Positions 1 through 11,615 are shown, counted from the first letter of the stretch. The stretch: 64,000 nt of DNA from an uncultured Methanosarcinaceae archaeon (GCA_963847185.1 CAWJYV010000007.1:640001-704000), one strand, 5' to 3'. The notes: a model not told the origin generated them from the sequence alone. Made by a program: numbers and translations.

Positions 1-380
1 AAAGTTCCATCCTCTATTTCCTTCAAATCCATTATTGCACGCAGCAAACCTGCAGTTTCGTGGTAGAGAGCTTTTGCTTCTTCCTGTGTTAGAGCATTTC
101 CTTCCAGCTCACGTTCATCTTCTTTTTCCCTGGATGAAATTATTTCGATACATTTATCTATGCTGGCTTTCTCTGCTTCTGTAAGCGTCTCTTTCTGAAT
201 TAGTTCCCATACATAATTGTGCAGAGGACAATTTTTTCCTCCTATCTCTATATTATGCGGGATGTACTGCCCCACCCAAAAGAGGCGTGAATGTAAAGCA
301 GAAAGTAATTGCCTGCGCTCCTCGTCAGTTATATATTTTTCCGAGCTTTCTTTCTCATTTGCTTTAGTGCTTTGCTCCAC
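1..380 (-). CDS. Conserved methanogen protein, DUF5788-like (runs off window start)
   Basis: Manual translation from GTG at 380: MEQSTKANEKESSEKYITDEERRQLLSALHSRLFWVGQYIP...LYHETAGLLRAIMDLKEIE; open to the window edge. Confidence 0.7.
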   Translation of the reverse strand, partial: MEQSTKANEKESSEKYITDEERRQLLSALHSRLFWVGQYIPHNIEIGGKNCPLHNYVWELIQKETLTEAEKASIDKCIEIISSREKEDERELEGNALTQEEAKALYHETAGLLRAIMDLKEIEDGT

Positions 381-694
381 AATATATTCCCCAAATTATA
401 TCGAGTCTTCAATCAGAACAGTTTTCGTGATAAGATCTAATCCCGTTCTGTCTCTTTACATCAAATAATAAAGCATCAATGTAAATTAACAAAACTCCTG
501 AGTAAAAATAATATAGATTATAAAATACTCACATATAAAAAATAAATTAATAATTCAATCAAAAAACTTAATGATAAGATATAAAACTCGAAAATTCAAC
601 AGATAATTCAAAATTAAAGCAAAAATAAAAACAAAAGGGGAAACGATGCCGAAAAGTGGAACATTTAGGTTTTCGTTTTCCCTATTGAGGTGAT

Positions 695-1978
695 ATTATC
701 GTTCCCATAATTCAGGTTGCACTTGATCTTCTGGAATTGGACCGCTCGGTAGAGATTGCAAGAGAAGCAATCGCAGGAGGTGCGGATTGGATCGAAATAG
801 GCACTCCTCTGATTAAAAGCGCAGGAATGGACGCGATCCGTACCATGAGGAAAATTTTTCCGGACCGGACAATCCTGGCAGATATGAAAACTGTGGATAC
901 AGGAGCCATGGAAGTTGAAATGGCAGCAAAAGCAGGTGCTGATGTTGTTATTGTGCTGGGAAGTGCAGATGACTCTACAGTACTTGATTCTCTTCGTTCA
1001 GCCCACAAATATGGAGTAAGATTGATGGCAGACCTCATCTCGGCTCCTGATCCTGTAAAAAGAGCAGTGGAACTCGAAGCTCTGGGTGTGGACTATGTGA
1101 ACGTTCACATAGGCATAGATCAGCAGATGATAGGAAAAACCCCTATATCTATTCTAAAGGAAATCTCGGAAAAGGTCACTATACAACTTGCAGTTGCGGG
1201 CGGGCTTGATATAGAAAGTGCTGCACAGGCTGTCAGGGCAGGGGCCAGAATTGTAATTGTCGGAGGAAATATTACCCGCTCTGACAACGTAACGGAAGCT
1301 GCCAGGAAAATCCGGAAGAGTGTTGATTCTCCTGAAGCCGTGGAAACTCGGGACACAGAAACAGTAGATCAGGAAATAAGAAAGATCCTCAAGGAAGTAT
1401 CTACCTCAAACATCTCGGATGCCATGCACAGAAAAGGTGCAATGAAAGGTATTCATCCTGTTATAAGAGGAAAAATGGTAGGAACTGCAATTACTGTGCA
1501 GGCTTTTGCCGGAGATTGGGCAAAGACAGTGGAGGCGATTGATATTGCAAAAGGGGGAGATGTAATCGTAATTTACAACGAAAGCAAAGATATTGCCTGC
1601 TGGGGAGGGCTTGCAACCCTGAGCGCCTTAAATAAAGGAATTTCAGGAGTTGTAATTGAAGGGGCTGCAAGAGACCTTGATGAGATCGAAAATCTGGGGC
1701 TTCCGATTTATACCAGTAATACTGTTCCTAATGCAGGAGATCCTAAAGGTTTTGGAGAAATTAACGCTGAGATTACCTGCGGAGGCCAGACAGTAAAACC
1801 AGGAGATTATATAGTTGGAGATGAAAGCGGGGTTGTAGTAATTCCCAGAGAGAGAGCCTACGAACTTGCAAGAAGAGCAAAAGAAGTTAATAAGGAGGAA
1901 AAGAGGCTTTTCGATGAAATCCGGAGAGGTGGGACTCTATCAGAAATTCTAAAACTTAAAAAATGGGAAAAACTTTGA
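695..1978 (+). CDS. 3-hexulose-6-phosphate synthase (OMPDC/HPS barrel) fused to RraA/HMG-aldolase-like domain
   Basis: [24 protein letters not shown] motifs; C-terminal STSNISDA...WGGL...GAARD...[18 protein letters not shown]. Conserved N-terminus lies upstream of TTG 737; start placed at ATT 695 or ATC 698 after GAGGTGA. Confidence 0.85.
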   Translation: MIVPIIQVALDLLELDRSVEIAREAIAGGADWIEIGTPLIKSAGMDAIRTMRKIFPDRTILADMKTVDTGAMEVEMAAKAGADVVIVLGSADDSTVLDSLRSAHKYGVRLMADLISAPDPVKRAVELEALGVDYVNVHIGIDQQMIGKTPISILKEISEKVTIQLAVAGGLDIESAAQAVRAGARIVIVGGNITRSDNVTEAARKIRKSVDSPEAVETRDTETVDQEIRKILKEVSTSNISDAMHRKGAMKGIHPVIRGKMVGTAITVQAFAGDWAKTVEAIDIAKGGDVIVIYNESKDIACWGGLATLSALNKGISGVVIEGAARDLDEIENLGLPIYTSNTVPNAGDPKGFGEINAEITCGGQTVKPGDYIVGDESGVVVIPRERAYELARRAKEVNKEEKRLFDEIRRGGTLSEILKLKKWEKL

Positions 1979-2109
1979 ATTTATACTCAAAAATGTTCAG
2001 GATTCCAAACCGTGTATAGAAGCTTATGCTTCTATACCTTTCGAGTTCCCATAACCGTAATTTCAATTAACAACTCTATTGGAATGTTTGACTCTTTAGT
2101 AGAAAACAA

Positions 2110-4962
2110 TTATTTTTCAGAGTCTTCAGATTGAGTAATAATGATTTTGGACAGAAGAAAGGCCCTAACAAAGTTTATCTCTTCTTCCTGGCAATCCTTA
2201 CCTATTTTTGCTCTAATTAAGGAATCCATTTCAGTTTCTAACGTTTCCAATGCAGCTTTTATCTGTTCTTGCCTCTGCGGAGGCAACAGTCCTTTAATGT
2301 TCCTTACCTTTCCCGCAAGGGTTAGCTGCTCAAGCTGCTTAAAAACATCTCCAATACTCAGGCCTTGGATTTCGGCAATCTCATCGACCCTGAGTCCTTG
2401 GGTAAAGAGAGAATAAGTCCTTTGCTGATAGACCATTTTAAGATTATCTGTTTCAAGAGCATCCTTTTTATGCAAATCCGCGATTTTAGATTCAGGTGAC
2501 ATCCCGGTTGAATCTGCTTCGATTGAACCTTCTCTATTAGAGCTCCATACAGGAGAATCAGACTTTGACCAGTCCTGTATACTCATATCAAGATATCTTC
2601 CCTTTTTTGTTGGTAGCGTGCAGACTTCCGAATTATTTATCTTTACTTCCGAACTATTTGCCTTTATTTCAGAGCTGTTTATTTTTTTTACCGGGCTATT
2701 CAGTTCATCTGATTCAGAAATAGGCATTTTTTCCGTAAACAGCTCCATCTCAACTTCCGGATTCTCATTTTTTTGGATTGGATTTTTTGAGTTTACTCTC
2801 CCATTTTCAGACTCTTTGTCGGAGTTTCCTGGACTTTCATCTTTTTCAGTGGAGGCCAGATCGTAATCTATGCAGTAATTTTCAATTTCCCTGAGGAAGA
2901 TGTCTCCATATTTTCTCAGTTTATGGTCTCCAACTCCTGTAATGGAATGAAATTCCTCTGGATTGTGAGGAAATTTTGTAGCCATTTCTTTAAGGGTGGT
3001 ATCGGAGAAAACTATGTAAGGTGGAAGGTTTTTCTTTAAGGCGATTTCCTTTCTCAGAGCTTTTAGTCGCTCAAAAAGGATCAAATCAGGCTCTTCTCCG
3101 GTTTTTACGCTCTTTATGACTATTTTCTTCTTCAGTGTACCCTCAGCAGTGCCGGCAACACCTATGGATTTTTTTGTAGCGTTTCCCTCTGTTGAAATAA
3201 TCTCTGAAGGGCCCTCTGTTGAAATAATTTCTGAAGAATCCTCTATTGAGAGAATCTCTGAAGAACTCTCTATTGAAAGAATCTCTGAAGAGAGTTCTTC
3301 TTTAGAAAACTTCATATTGATTTCAACGTCTTCATCTTTTGTTTCTAAAGATGTTGAAAGCGTCAGGTTTTCTTCAATCTCTGGAGTAAAACCTGCAGGA
3401 CAGACAAGTTCTACTTGCTCCCGGCCATTCAATATTTTCCTGCTCATGGCATTCATTTTCAAAACAGGATACTGCGCCCCCTCCACATCTAAGAGCCCTG
3501 TATTTATCATTTCGGAGGCTAAGGATTTCCATTGCTCCTTTGTAAATTCCCTGCCACTGTTGTGACTCTTCAACTTTTCGTGGCGGTTTTGCTTGATTTT
3601 TTTGTTTTTTGAGCCTGTAAGGATATCAATAATATAATTCGTGCCAAAACGCTGGTTCAGTTCCTGTACACAACCTATCAGCTTCCTGGCAGTTTCAGTT
3701 CCGTCAAAGGTACCTTTTGGCCTGAGGCAGGAGTCGCAGTTTGCACAGGATTCTGGAATTTCCTCCCCAAAGTATTCCATCAGTCTCTGACGCCTGCATT
3801 TATTGCTCTCACAGTAGGCTACCATTTGCCTTAACTGCACAAGAGAAAGATCTTTTTCTTTTTCATTTGTTTTCTGAGAAATAAAGTATTCAATCTTGAA
3901 GCGATCCCCTCTACTGAAAAAAAGTATACACTCACAGGGTCCGCCGTCCCTTCCTCCTCTGCCTGTTTCCTGATAGTAACTTTCAAGATTTCTGGGAAGA
4001 TCATAATGTATCACAAAACGTACATTGGACTTATCAATCCCCATTCCAAAAGCAATTGTGGCAACTATGATATCCACATCGTCCTTTATGAAAAGTTCCT
4101 GGTTTTGGTTTCGCTCCATATCGGAAAGGCCTGCATGGTAAGGAAGAGCCCTGAAGCCCGCAACATTCAGTTTTTTTGTAAGGGATTCAACATTGTTTCT
4201 GCTCTGGCAGTATATAATCCCGGCTTCACTCCTATGCTTTTTCAAATAATCAGAAATCTCAGAAAAAGTCTCTTTCTTTGGCCTGACTTCATAATAAAGG
4301 TTTTTCCGGTTAAAACTGGCTACATATGGGCCTTTTTCAGGGGGTATTGCAAGCCCCAGCTGCGATACAATATCTTTTCTAACCCTTTCTGTGGCTGTAG
4401 CCGTAAGTGCAATAATGGGCACTTCAGGAAAGCCTGTCTCCTGATTTCTCAAATGTTTCAGTTTCCTGTATTCAGGCCGAAAATCATGTCCCCACTCGGA
4501 AATACAGTGTGCTTCGTCTATTGCAAAGAGGCTGATCTTCCCTTTTTTTAAAAAAGCAAAGGTACCTGGCATCATGAGCCTTTCTGGCGCGATATAAAGA
4601 ACCTTCAACCTGTTTTCGAGAAAAGATGCTTTCACATCCCTGATCACCCGGGCACTCTGGGTACTGTTTAAGCAGGCTGCAGCAATCCCGTTTGCATCAA
4701 GACTGTCAACCTGATCTTTCATAAGGGAGATCAGGGGCGAAACCACTACAGTAACTCCTTCCATCAGAAGGGCAGGCAACTGGTAGCAGATCGATTTGCC
4801 GCCGCCTGTAGGCATGAGCACAAAAACGTCTTTTCTTTCCAGAACGTCCCTGATGATTTCCTCCTGTAGGGGACGAAAAGAACTGTATCCGAAGTACTGA
4901 CGCAGGGCAGAATGCATTCTGGATGACAGGGAATTCCGGGATTCAAGCCCTCGTTTACTCAC
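2110..4962 (-). CDS. recQ: ATP-dependent DNA helicase RecQ with RQC and HRDC domains and low-complexity C-terminal linkers
   Basis: MPTGGGKS, DEAHCISEWGHDFRPEY, ATIAFGMGIDK, QETGRGGRDG, Zn-binding CRR...CANCDSC, HRDC LPPYIVFSDTTL. Confidence 0.96.
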   Translation of the reverse strand: MSKRGLESRNSLSSRMHSALRQYFGYSSFRPLQEEIIRDVLERKDVFVLMPTGGGKSICYQLPALLMEGVTVVVSPLISLMKDQVDSLDANGIAAACLNSTQSARVIRDVKASFLENRLKVLYIAPERLMMPGTFAFLKKGKISLFAIDEAHCISEWGHDFRPEYRKLKHLRNQETGFPEVPIIALTATATERVRKDIVSQLGLAIPPEKGPYVASFNRKNLYYEVRPKKETFSEISDYLKKHRSEAGIIYCQSRNNVESLTKKLNVAGFRALPYHAGLSDMERNQNQELFIKDDVDIIVATIAFGMGIDKSNVRFVIHYDLPRNLESYYQETGRGGRDGGPCECILFFSRGDRFKIEYFISQKTNEKEKDLSLVQLRQMVAYCESNKCRRQRLMEYFGEEIPESCANCDSCLRPKGTFDGTETARKLIGCVQELNQRFGTNYIIDILTGSKNKKIKQNRHEKLKSHNSGREFTKEQWKSLASEMINTGLLDVEGAQYPVLKMNAMSRKILNGREQVELVCPAGFTPEIEENLTLSTSLETKDEDVEINMKFSKEELSSEILSIESSSEILSIEDSSEIISTEGPSEIISTEGNATKKSIGVAGTAEGTLKKKIVIKSVKTGEEPDLILFERLKALRKEIALKKNLPPYIVFSDTTLKEMATKFPHNPEEFHSITGVGDHKLRKYGDIFLREIENYCIDYDLASTEKDESPGNSDKESENGRVNSKNPIQKNENPEVEMELFTEKMPISESDELNSPVKKINSSEIKANSSEVKINNSEVCTLPTKKGRYLDMSIQDWSKSDSPVWSSNREGSIEADSTGMSPESKIADLHKKDALETDNLKMVYQQRTYSLFTQGLRVDEIAEIQGLSIGDVFKQLEQLTLAGKVRNIKGLLPPQRQEQIKAALETLETEMDSLIRAKIGKDCQEEEINFVRAFLLSKIIITQSEDSEK
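3180..3300 (-). repeat. Intragenic 27-bp (9-aa) tandem repeat in RecQ linker
   Basis: SSEILSIES/SSEILSIED/SSEIISTEG/PSEIISTEG; approximate bounds. Confidence 0.8.
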
Positions 4963-5159
4963 CTTTAAGAAATCATGGTCAGCGCTCGTTATCTAATCCC
5001 CCTCTCTGCAGGCTTGATATTCCGTCGGGTAAATCCCAGGAAAACTTCGAAGAGTTCATCTTGGGATATTCTCTGATGATCTGGTATGCTCTCATGTACA
5101 GATATTCTCTTTAATGTTTCCAGGTTTATAATGGATCAGCTAGTTACACAATAATTACA

Positions 5160-5195
5160 CAATAATGATGGACCATACGCAATAATGATGGACCA
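5160..5195. repeat. Short direct repeat CAATAATGATGGACCA x2
   Basis: Two exact 16-bp copies at 5160 and 5180. Confidence 0.7.
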
Positions 5196-5934
5196 AATAC
5201 TTACACAATATATACTTAGTTTTGGTATCTGTGACGGTGTGATGTTTTAAGCTTATTGTATTTAAGTTACATGTGTGCAGGGTGAAAATATTCACCTTTT
5301 TTCTATATTATTTGGAAAAGTAGGGAAGAGATCATGAAAGAAAAGTCAGTTTAATTCTGAAAAGCGACTGTAAGGTATATTAATTGGAACAATTAATGGA
5401 GGCACTTACCAAATCTCCAGCGTTAGTATTATTAATGTTTGGTCTGAGGTAAAGAAAGGAAGGTATGGAGTGTGGCTACACCCAGGCACTTCTTATCTTC
5501 CTCTGTTTATTATATTGCTTTTTATATAATTTTTGATTTTCCTTTCTCTTCGCATGTCCTTCCATCTTCTTTTTTATCTCTGCTTGTTCTTTGTTCCATA
5601 ATTCTATTGAAATTTATTTCAGGACAAGCTTATTCAGCAATTCACTTTGTGAAAAGGTCAAATCTACAAAAGTGTTAGAAATCTCATAACGGTAGAGTAT
5701 TGTACTAATTTATAAAGCTTAATTTTACTAAGCTACAAAAATTAAAAGTCTACCGAAAATACTATATCTCTTAATAAATATTTGTTCTCTTACAGAAATA
5801 ATATTTTTAGGGTGGGTAAGTAATTAATGTTTTATGTTTATGCTCAGATTTAGTCTACTCTCCTAAAAAATTCAGAATATTTGATGAAAGTCCTTATGAA
5901 AGTCCTTATTCCTATTTCTGGAGGAGTAATATAA

Positions 5935-7953
5935 ATGGTAGTCTCTTTACTGGCAAATGTTGATGTAATCCTTGGTTTTGCCATTTTAATTCTTACTATA
6001 TTCTATAGATTTGAATTTCCTCCTGTACTGGGTTTCCTTGTAACCGGAATGCTGATCGGACCTTATGGGCTTGGGATTCTGAACGGAGGGCAGAATGTAG
6101 ATCTGAATTCCGAGCTAGGTGTAATCTTCCTGCTTTTTACAATAGGAGTTGATCTTTCCTTAAAAGAACTCTGGAAAATAAAAAAGGCCTTATTGCTGGG
6201 TGGGACTCTCCAGATTATTTTAACGACAGCGATAGTTCATTTTGTTTGTTTAGCTCTCGGCTTCAGCCCTGCTACTTCTGCTTTTATTGGTTTCTTGATC
6301 TCACTTAGCAGTACGGCAATAGTGCTCAAAGTCCTTCAGGATAGAAATGAAGTCTATACACCACATGGAAAAACCTCGCTTGCGATTCTGATCTTTCAGG
6401 ACCTGGCTATTGTGCCTCTCATCCTGATCACTCCTATGCTTGCTGGAAGTTCCTTGAGTTTAGAGGGGTCAATCTCAAATGTTTTTTTTAAAGGCTCTCT
6501 AATTATCCTGGTTTTTATCCTGAGTGCCAAATTTCTGGTCCCCTGGATATTTTACCATGTAGGTAAGACAGGTAGTAAGCAACTTTTTCTAGTCAGTGTT
6601 GTTTTCATCTGTCTCTCAGCAGCTATCTTTACTTCGAGTATCGGATTATCTCTGGCCCTTGGAGCCTTTTTAGCCGGGATAGTCATATCCGGATCTCCTT
6701 ACAGCCAGCAGGCAATGGGTAATATCTTACCTTTGAAAGACATGTTCATGAGTTTCTTTTTCGTGTCAGTGGGCATGCTTCTTGATGTGGGGTATCTGCT
6801 TGATCACCTTCCTCTTCTAATTCTTGCAACTATAACCCTAATTGTTATAAAATCAGTAGCTGGGTCAATTGTAGCTTTCCTTCTCGGGTCTCCTCTCCGT
6901 ACAACTATACTTACAGGGCTTGCACTTTCACAGGTAGGAGAATTCTCTTTTGTTCTCTCCAGATTAGGGGTTGAATATTCTCTTCTCACACCGGAAACTT
7001 ATCAGGCATTCCTGGCAGTTTCAATCCTTACTATGGGAGTTACGCCCTTTTTGATTGGTGCTTCTTACAAGCCTGCTGATTTTATTGTCAAAAAAGCTTC
7101 AAGTACACCTTTCGGTATGAAACTTGTAAAGGGATTTTACTCGGATTCTCTTGAAGAGGAAGAATTTATTGAGCCTGAGATAAAAGATCACCTTATAGTT
7201 GTAGGGTTTGGTTTTTCAGGAAAAACGGTTTCAAGGGCCGCAAAAGCTGCAGGCATCCCCTATATTATCGTAGAATCAAATCCTGATACAGTCAGGCAGG
7301 AGAAAACAAAAGGAGAAAGGATACAATATGGAGATGCAACATTTGGGGCTGTACTGGAACATGCAGGTATAAAGAATGCAAGAGTCCTTATAGTTGGGAT
7401 CTCTGATGCAGAAACTACAAGGAAAATAGTAGAGACAGCAAAAGAAGTGAATCCCAATGTTTGTGTAATTGCCAGAGTAAAGGATCTACAGGAAATGAAG
7501 CGTCTCAATGCCCTGGGAGCGGATGAAATTATCCCTGAAGAATACGAAACTTCAGTAGAGATCTTTGTCCGCATGCTGGAAAAGTATCTGGTACCTCAGG
7601 AAGATATCGAAAAACTGGTAAACGACATGAGGGCTAACGGCTACAGAATGATGAGAAAATTGTCGGTTGATACAGGGATTGATAGTGGATTCAGTCTTAA
7701 GGACGGACTCCCGGGAGTCGACATCCAGGTAGTTAAAGTAGGAAGCGGCTCAACTTTCGATGGAAAAACCCTCGCAGATCTGGAATTCAGGAAAAAACAT
7801 GGAGTAACAGTCCTTTCTATTCGCAGAGGTTCGGAAATGATTTATACCCCTGACGGAAACTTTCTCCTCCGGGCAAAAGATGCCTGTGTCCTTCTGGGGA
7901 AACCAGAGAAGCTATTTGATGTAAGAAAATTCTTTGAAAGTGTTCATGGATAA
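5935..7953 (+). CDS. CPA2 monovalent cation:proton antiporter (Kef-like) with TrkA-N and TrkA-C domains
   Basis: Many TM helices, SLSSTAIVLK, LIFQD, LSQVGEFSFVL; RCK motif IVVGFGFSG, YGDAT. Confidence 0.92.
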   Translation: MVVSLLANVDVILGFAILILTIFYRFEFPPVLGFLVTGMLIGPYGLGILNGGQNVDLNSELGVIFLLFTIGVDLSLKELWKIKKALLLGGTLQIILTTAIVHFVCLALGFSPATSAFIGFLISLSSTAIVLKVLQDRNEVYTPHGKTSLAILIFQDLAIVPLILITPMLAGSSLSLEGSISNVFFKGSLIILVFILSAKFLVPWIFYHVGKTGSKQLFLVSVVFICLSAAIFTSSIGLSLALGAFLAGIVISGSPYSQQAMGNILPLKDMFMSFFFVSVGMLLDVGYLLDHLPLLILATITLIVIKSVAGSIVAFLLGSPLRTTILTGLALSQVGEFSFVLSRLGVEYSLLTPETYQAFLAVSILTMGVTPFLIGASYKPADFIVKKASSTPFGMKLVKGFYSDSLEEEEFIEPEIKDHLIVVGFGFSGKTVSRAAKAAGIPYIIVESNPDTVRQEKTKGERIQYGDATFGAVLEHAGIKNARVLIVGISDAETTRKIVETAKEVNPNVCVIARVKDLQEMKRLNALGADEIIPEEYETSVEIFVRMLEKYLVPQEDIEKLVNDMRANGYRMMRKLSVDTGIDSGFSLKDGLPGVDIQVVKVGSGSTFDGKTLADLEFRKKHGVTVLSIRRGSEMIYTPDGNFLLRAKDACVLLGKPEKLFDVRKFFESVHG

Positions 7954-8041
7954 GTGACACTTTCTTTTTTACTTTTTTTACTTTCCTTCTAGTCCTTCAA
8001 TATCCAATACAAATATATTCTATATAACTTGAGTTTCTTCT

Positions 8042-8635
8042 ATGCGTCAGATTATTCTTGCTTCCTCTTCCCCAAGGAGAAAAGAGCTTCTTAAACAGTT
8101 GATAGGAGATAACTTTCTTGTATATGTCAGTTCATATGGAGAATCTACCTCTCCAGGTTTAGCTCCTGAAGAGCTTCTTATGAAGCATTCAATCGAAAAA
8201 GCCAGGGATGTAGCTAAACACTTCAATTCTGGGCTTATTATTTCTGCCGATACCGGAGTTGTGTGCGGGGATGAGATTTTGGGGAAGCCTCAATCTCCTG
8301 AAAAGGCAGAAGAAATGCTGATGAGACTAAATGGGCAGAAGATTCGAGTTATAACTGGTCTTACTGTTCTGGATCTTGATGCCGGGAAAGAAATTAGCGA
8401 ATTCGAATCCACCTTTGTCTGGATAACTGAAATGAGCAGGGAGCATATTTCAGCTTATATAAGGACAGGAGAGCCTATAGACAAAGCCGGGGCTTTTGCT
8501 GCTCAGGGGAAAGGAGCAGTATTTGTAGAAAGGATCGAGGGCGACTTCTTTAATGTGGTAGGATTTCCTCTTTTCAGGCTGACAAAAATTATGGGAAAAT
8601 TCGGAGTATCTGTGTTTGATGAGGATTTTTCCTGA
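8042..8635 (+). CDS. maf: Maf family nucleoside triphosphate pyrophosphatase
   Basis: [34 protein letters not shown]. Confidence 0.93.
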   Translation: MRQIILASSSPRRKELLKQLIGDNFLVYVSSYGESTSPGLAPEELLMKHSIEKARDVAKHFNSGLIISADTGVVCGDEILGKPQSPEKAEEMLMRLNGQKIRVITGLTVLDLDAGKEISEFESTFVWITEMSREHISAYIRTGEPIDKAGAFAAQGKGAVFVERIEGDFFNVVGFPLFRLTKIMGKFGVSVFDEDFS

Positions 8636-9001
8636 GTTTTATTCTTTATACTTGGGGCTTCAGGCTCAGGGAGCTTTGTCGAGAGCCGCAAAAGTAATAA
8701 AATAGTCAGGAATAACATAACAGTCTAAATATTAATTGTCAAATGTTAGTCAACAGCAAAAAGGCATTTTAGTTGATTAACAGCAAAAAGAGTATTTAGT
8801 TAGTTAATAAAGATAATTTATAGTAAAAAAGATATATTACTCTGATTACGGAAATCGTGTGTATTCAAATTATACTTTCACTACTGTCGCGTCAACAGCA
8901 AAATGTTGTATAAAATCGATTTCAACTAAGACTTGTTGAATTGTAGAGGATTGACGCGACACTACAGTCCTTTCAGGCATTTAACTATAGAGGCGTTTCG
9001 G

Positions 9002-10423
9002 ATGCTGCAAGTCTATAATACCCTGACAAGAGAAAAAGAGCCATTCAAACCTTTAAAGGAAGGCGAGATTTCGATTTATGCCTGCGGACCTACGGTCTAT
9101 AATATGCCGCATATCGGTAATTATCGTACTTTTCTGACGGCGGACAATATTGAAAGAACTCTCGAATATCTTGGATACAGGGTAAAACTCGTAATGAATA
9201 TCACGGATATCGATGACAAGACTATCAGGGATTCAAAAGCTGCGGGAATGTCTCTCAAAGACTTTACGAATAAATACGCAGCTGAATTCTTTAAAGGCCT
9301 GGATATGTTGAATATAAAGAGAGCTTCAGCGTATCCTAAAGCTACCGAAAACGTTGAAGGTATGATCAAACTTGCTGAAAAGCTGATAGAAAAGGGACTT
9401 GCTTACGAGAAAGATGGCTCTGTTTACTACAGGATTTCAAGGTTTCCTGACTACGGCAAACTTTCAAAGCTTGATTTTGATAAGATTCTTGTTGGAGCGT
9501 CGGTGGATGTAGATGAATACGATAAAGATAATCCCCGCGATTTTGCTCTGTTAAAAGCTTCTACCCCTGAGGAAATCGAAATAGGTATTTATTATGAAAG
9601 CCCCTGGGGAAAAATCCGTCCTGGATGGCACATCGAATGCTCTGTCATGGCCATGAAATATTTCGGACCAACGCTTGATATGCATCTCGGAGGAGTGGAC
9701 CTTATCTTCCCTCATCATGAAAACGAGATCGCTCAGTCTGAAGGAGCAACTGGAAAGCCTTTTGTGCACTACTGGATTCATGGCGAACACCTCATAGTGG
9801 AAGGAGAGAAGATGAGTAAATCGAAGGGGAACTACTTCACATTGCCTGAGATTGTCGGGAAGTATAGTGGAGAAGTTGTTCGTTTTATGTTTCTTTCAGT
9901 TCACTATCGGAGAAAGCTTGACTATTCCGACGCCTTCGCAGAAAATGCAAAAAATAATTATTTACGGCTTAAAGAAACTCTTGATAACCTGAAATTCGCC
10001 CTCGAAAGTTCAGAAGACAAACTATATCCCGAAGACGAAGAAGTTCTCAAAGCCCTTCCTGAAATGGAAATTCAGTTTAGTGAAGCTCTTGAAGATGATT
10101 TCAACACTCCTAAAGCTATAAATGTACTTAAAGACCTTTCCCGAAAGTCCAATAAATATCTTGAGGCAGGAAAAAACAGAAAGGTTCTTAAAGATCTCTA
10201 CTCTCTTTTCGGGCAGTTTTCTGATGTTCTGGGCATCTTTGCAGAAGCTGGAAATGAGGAAATTCCGGAAGAAGTAATGAAACTGGTTGAAGAACGCGAA
10301 GTTGCCCGAAAAGAGAAAAATTGGACAGTTTCCGATGTCCTCAGGGAGAAAATAAAATCTCTGGGATATATAGTGCAGGATACAAAACAGGGCCCTAATG
10401 TCAAAAAGGTCGAAGAGAGTTGA
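9002..10423 (+). CDS. cysS: Cysteine--tRNA ligase
   Basis: [33 protein letters not shown]; ATG 9002 follows GAGG. Confidence 0.97.
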   Translation: MLQVYNTLTREKEPFKPLKEGEISIYACGPTVYNMPHIGNYRTFLTADNIERTLEYLGYRVKLVMNITDIDDKTIRDSKAAGMSLKDFTNKYAAEFFKGLDMLNIKRASAYPKATENVEGMIKLAEKLIEKGLAYEKDGSVYYRISRFPDYGKLSKLDFDKILVGASVDVDEYDKDNPRDFALLKASTPEEIEIGIYYESPWGKIRPGWHIECSVMAMKYFGPTLDMHLGGVDLIFPHHENEIAQSEGATGKPFVHYWIHGEHLIVEGEKMSKSKGNYFTLPEIVGKYSGEVVRFMFLSVHYRRKLDYSDAFAENAKNNYLRLKETLDNLKFALESSEDKLYPEDEEVLKALPEMEIQFSEALEDDFNTPKAINVLKDLSRKSNKYLEAGKNRKVLKDLYSLFGQFSDVLGIFAEAGNEEIPEEVMKLVEEREVARKEKNWTVSDVLREKIKSLGYIVQDTKQGPNVKKVEES

Positions 10424-10455
10424 AAGTTCTTCTTTTGAAATTATCCATTTCCAAG

Positions 10456-11316
10456 TTAAAGTTTAAGACTCGGGCTCCCTTCTTTTTCTGAAACTCTCTC
10501 ACTAATTGCCTGTATCTGGGAATCTTGAAGTGAAGAATAGATTTCGTTCAGGCCCTGAAGGATTTTGAACCCTTTTTCAGTAATCATATAATCTCCTCTT
10601 TCGTGCTGCTGCAGAATAAGCCCGCTGTCCATTAGTTTCTGGAGATGGAAAAGCAGGTTTCCTCCTCTCAGGCCTGTAAGTTCGGAAAATGCCGAGAAAC
10701 TTCTGGTTTCGAAAGCTACAGCTCTAAGAATCTCAAGGCGCTGATTATTAGATACAGGTTCAAGAATCTCGCTCATAATCACTTTGGTTTTAAGGGCTGA
10801 AATGTCGGTTTTATGCTCCTGGTTGTCTGCATAAATCCTCATAGAGCGCATGAGATTAACCTGTTTGATAAAGAGGCTCGAAACTTCGGAAAAGCATTGT
10901 TCGCATTTAGTACCAAAAGGAGCCCCGCATCTCAGTTCATCCAGCTTTTTTCTGTTGTTCGAAATTAGGGTGTCTTCTACTTTGCTTTGTTTTATCAGCC
11001 CTGCGTTTTTTTGCAGAATCGCTGTAAATGCAGAAGTGCAGTTTTTCTTTTCAGGGCATTTTTTTACCATATTCCTTTCCAGTCCTGTATCGATATCATC
11101 AAAAAGATGAGTGAGAAGAACATTTGAGTATTCCTGTCTTGAAATTTCGAGAGCTGCCTCTAAACGCAGTCTATTGGAGTATTCCATAACTTTTTTGATA
11201 TCGTTATGCATCTCGGAAAGTTTTTCCTTAATAGCCTTCATTTCCGCCAGCTCCTGAGCCTCAGCAATTACCGGGTTATCAGCGGCGTTTTCCTTTATCC
11301 TGCCTGCTTCTATCAT
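10456..11316 (-). CDS. Winged-helix (ArsR-like) transcription regulator with Cys-rich N-terminal domain
   Basis: C-terminal RLEIL...FSAFSELTGLRGGNLLFHLQKL...GDYMITEKG; N-terminal CPEKKNC...C...CEQC. Confidence 0.82.
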   Translation of the reverse strand: MIEAGRIKENAADNPVIAEAQELAEMKAIKEKLSEMHNDIKKVMEYSNRLRLEAALEISRQEYSNVLLTHLFDDIDTGLERNMVKKCPEKKNCTSAFTAILQKNAGLIKQSKVEDTLISNNRKKLDELRCGAPFGTKCEQCFSEVSSLFIKQVNLMRSMRIYADNQEHKTDISALKTKVIMSEILEPVSNNQRLEILRAVAFETRSFSAFSELTGLRGGNLLFHLQKLMDSGLILQQHERGDYMITEKGFKILQGLNEIYSSLQDSQIQAISERVSEKEGSPSLKL

Positions 11317-11365
11317 AATTCTAAATCTTCCATACTTCTATTTATCTATAACTTTTAAAGTCATT

Positions 11366-11385
11366 CTGATGTATAAATTCATCAG
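11366..11385. promoter_or_regulatory. Palindrome CTGATG-N8-CATCAG, candidate operator in divergent promoter
   Basis: ctgatg tataaatt catcag, spanning a TATA-like sequence about 50 bp upstream of the wHTH gene. Confidence 0.45.
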
Positions 11386-11510
11386 TATTTATTGACATAT
11401 TTAGTATCTTTTAACGTTGGTTATATGCAAATCAGCAGTTAGCTAATTATCAATATAGGAAAGCTTCCGGAAATTGGAAGAAGAGTTAAAAGGATACGGT
11501 GAGTCGCTGG

Positions 11511-11615
11511 ATGTGTGAAGGCGAAGCTCCCAGGCAGCCCTGCATTACTGAAGAAGGAGCATGCAATATTTGCGTAAAAAGGAAATCTTGCAGAAAGGAA
11601 AAACAAATAAATTGA
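11511..11615 (+). CDS. Putative Cys-rich small protein (34 aa)
   Basis: MCEGEAPRQPCITEEGACNICVKRKSCRKEKQIN*; GGTGAG upstream; 5 Cys including CxxC. Confidence 0.5.
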   Translation: MCEGEAPRQPCITEEGACNICVKRKSCRKEKQIN

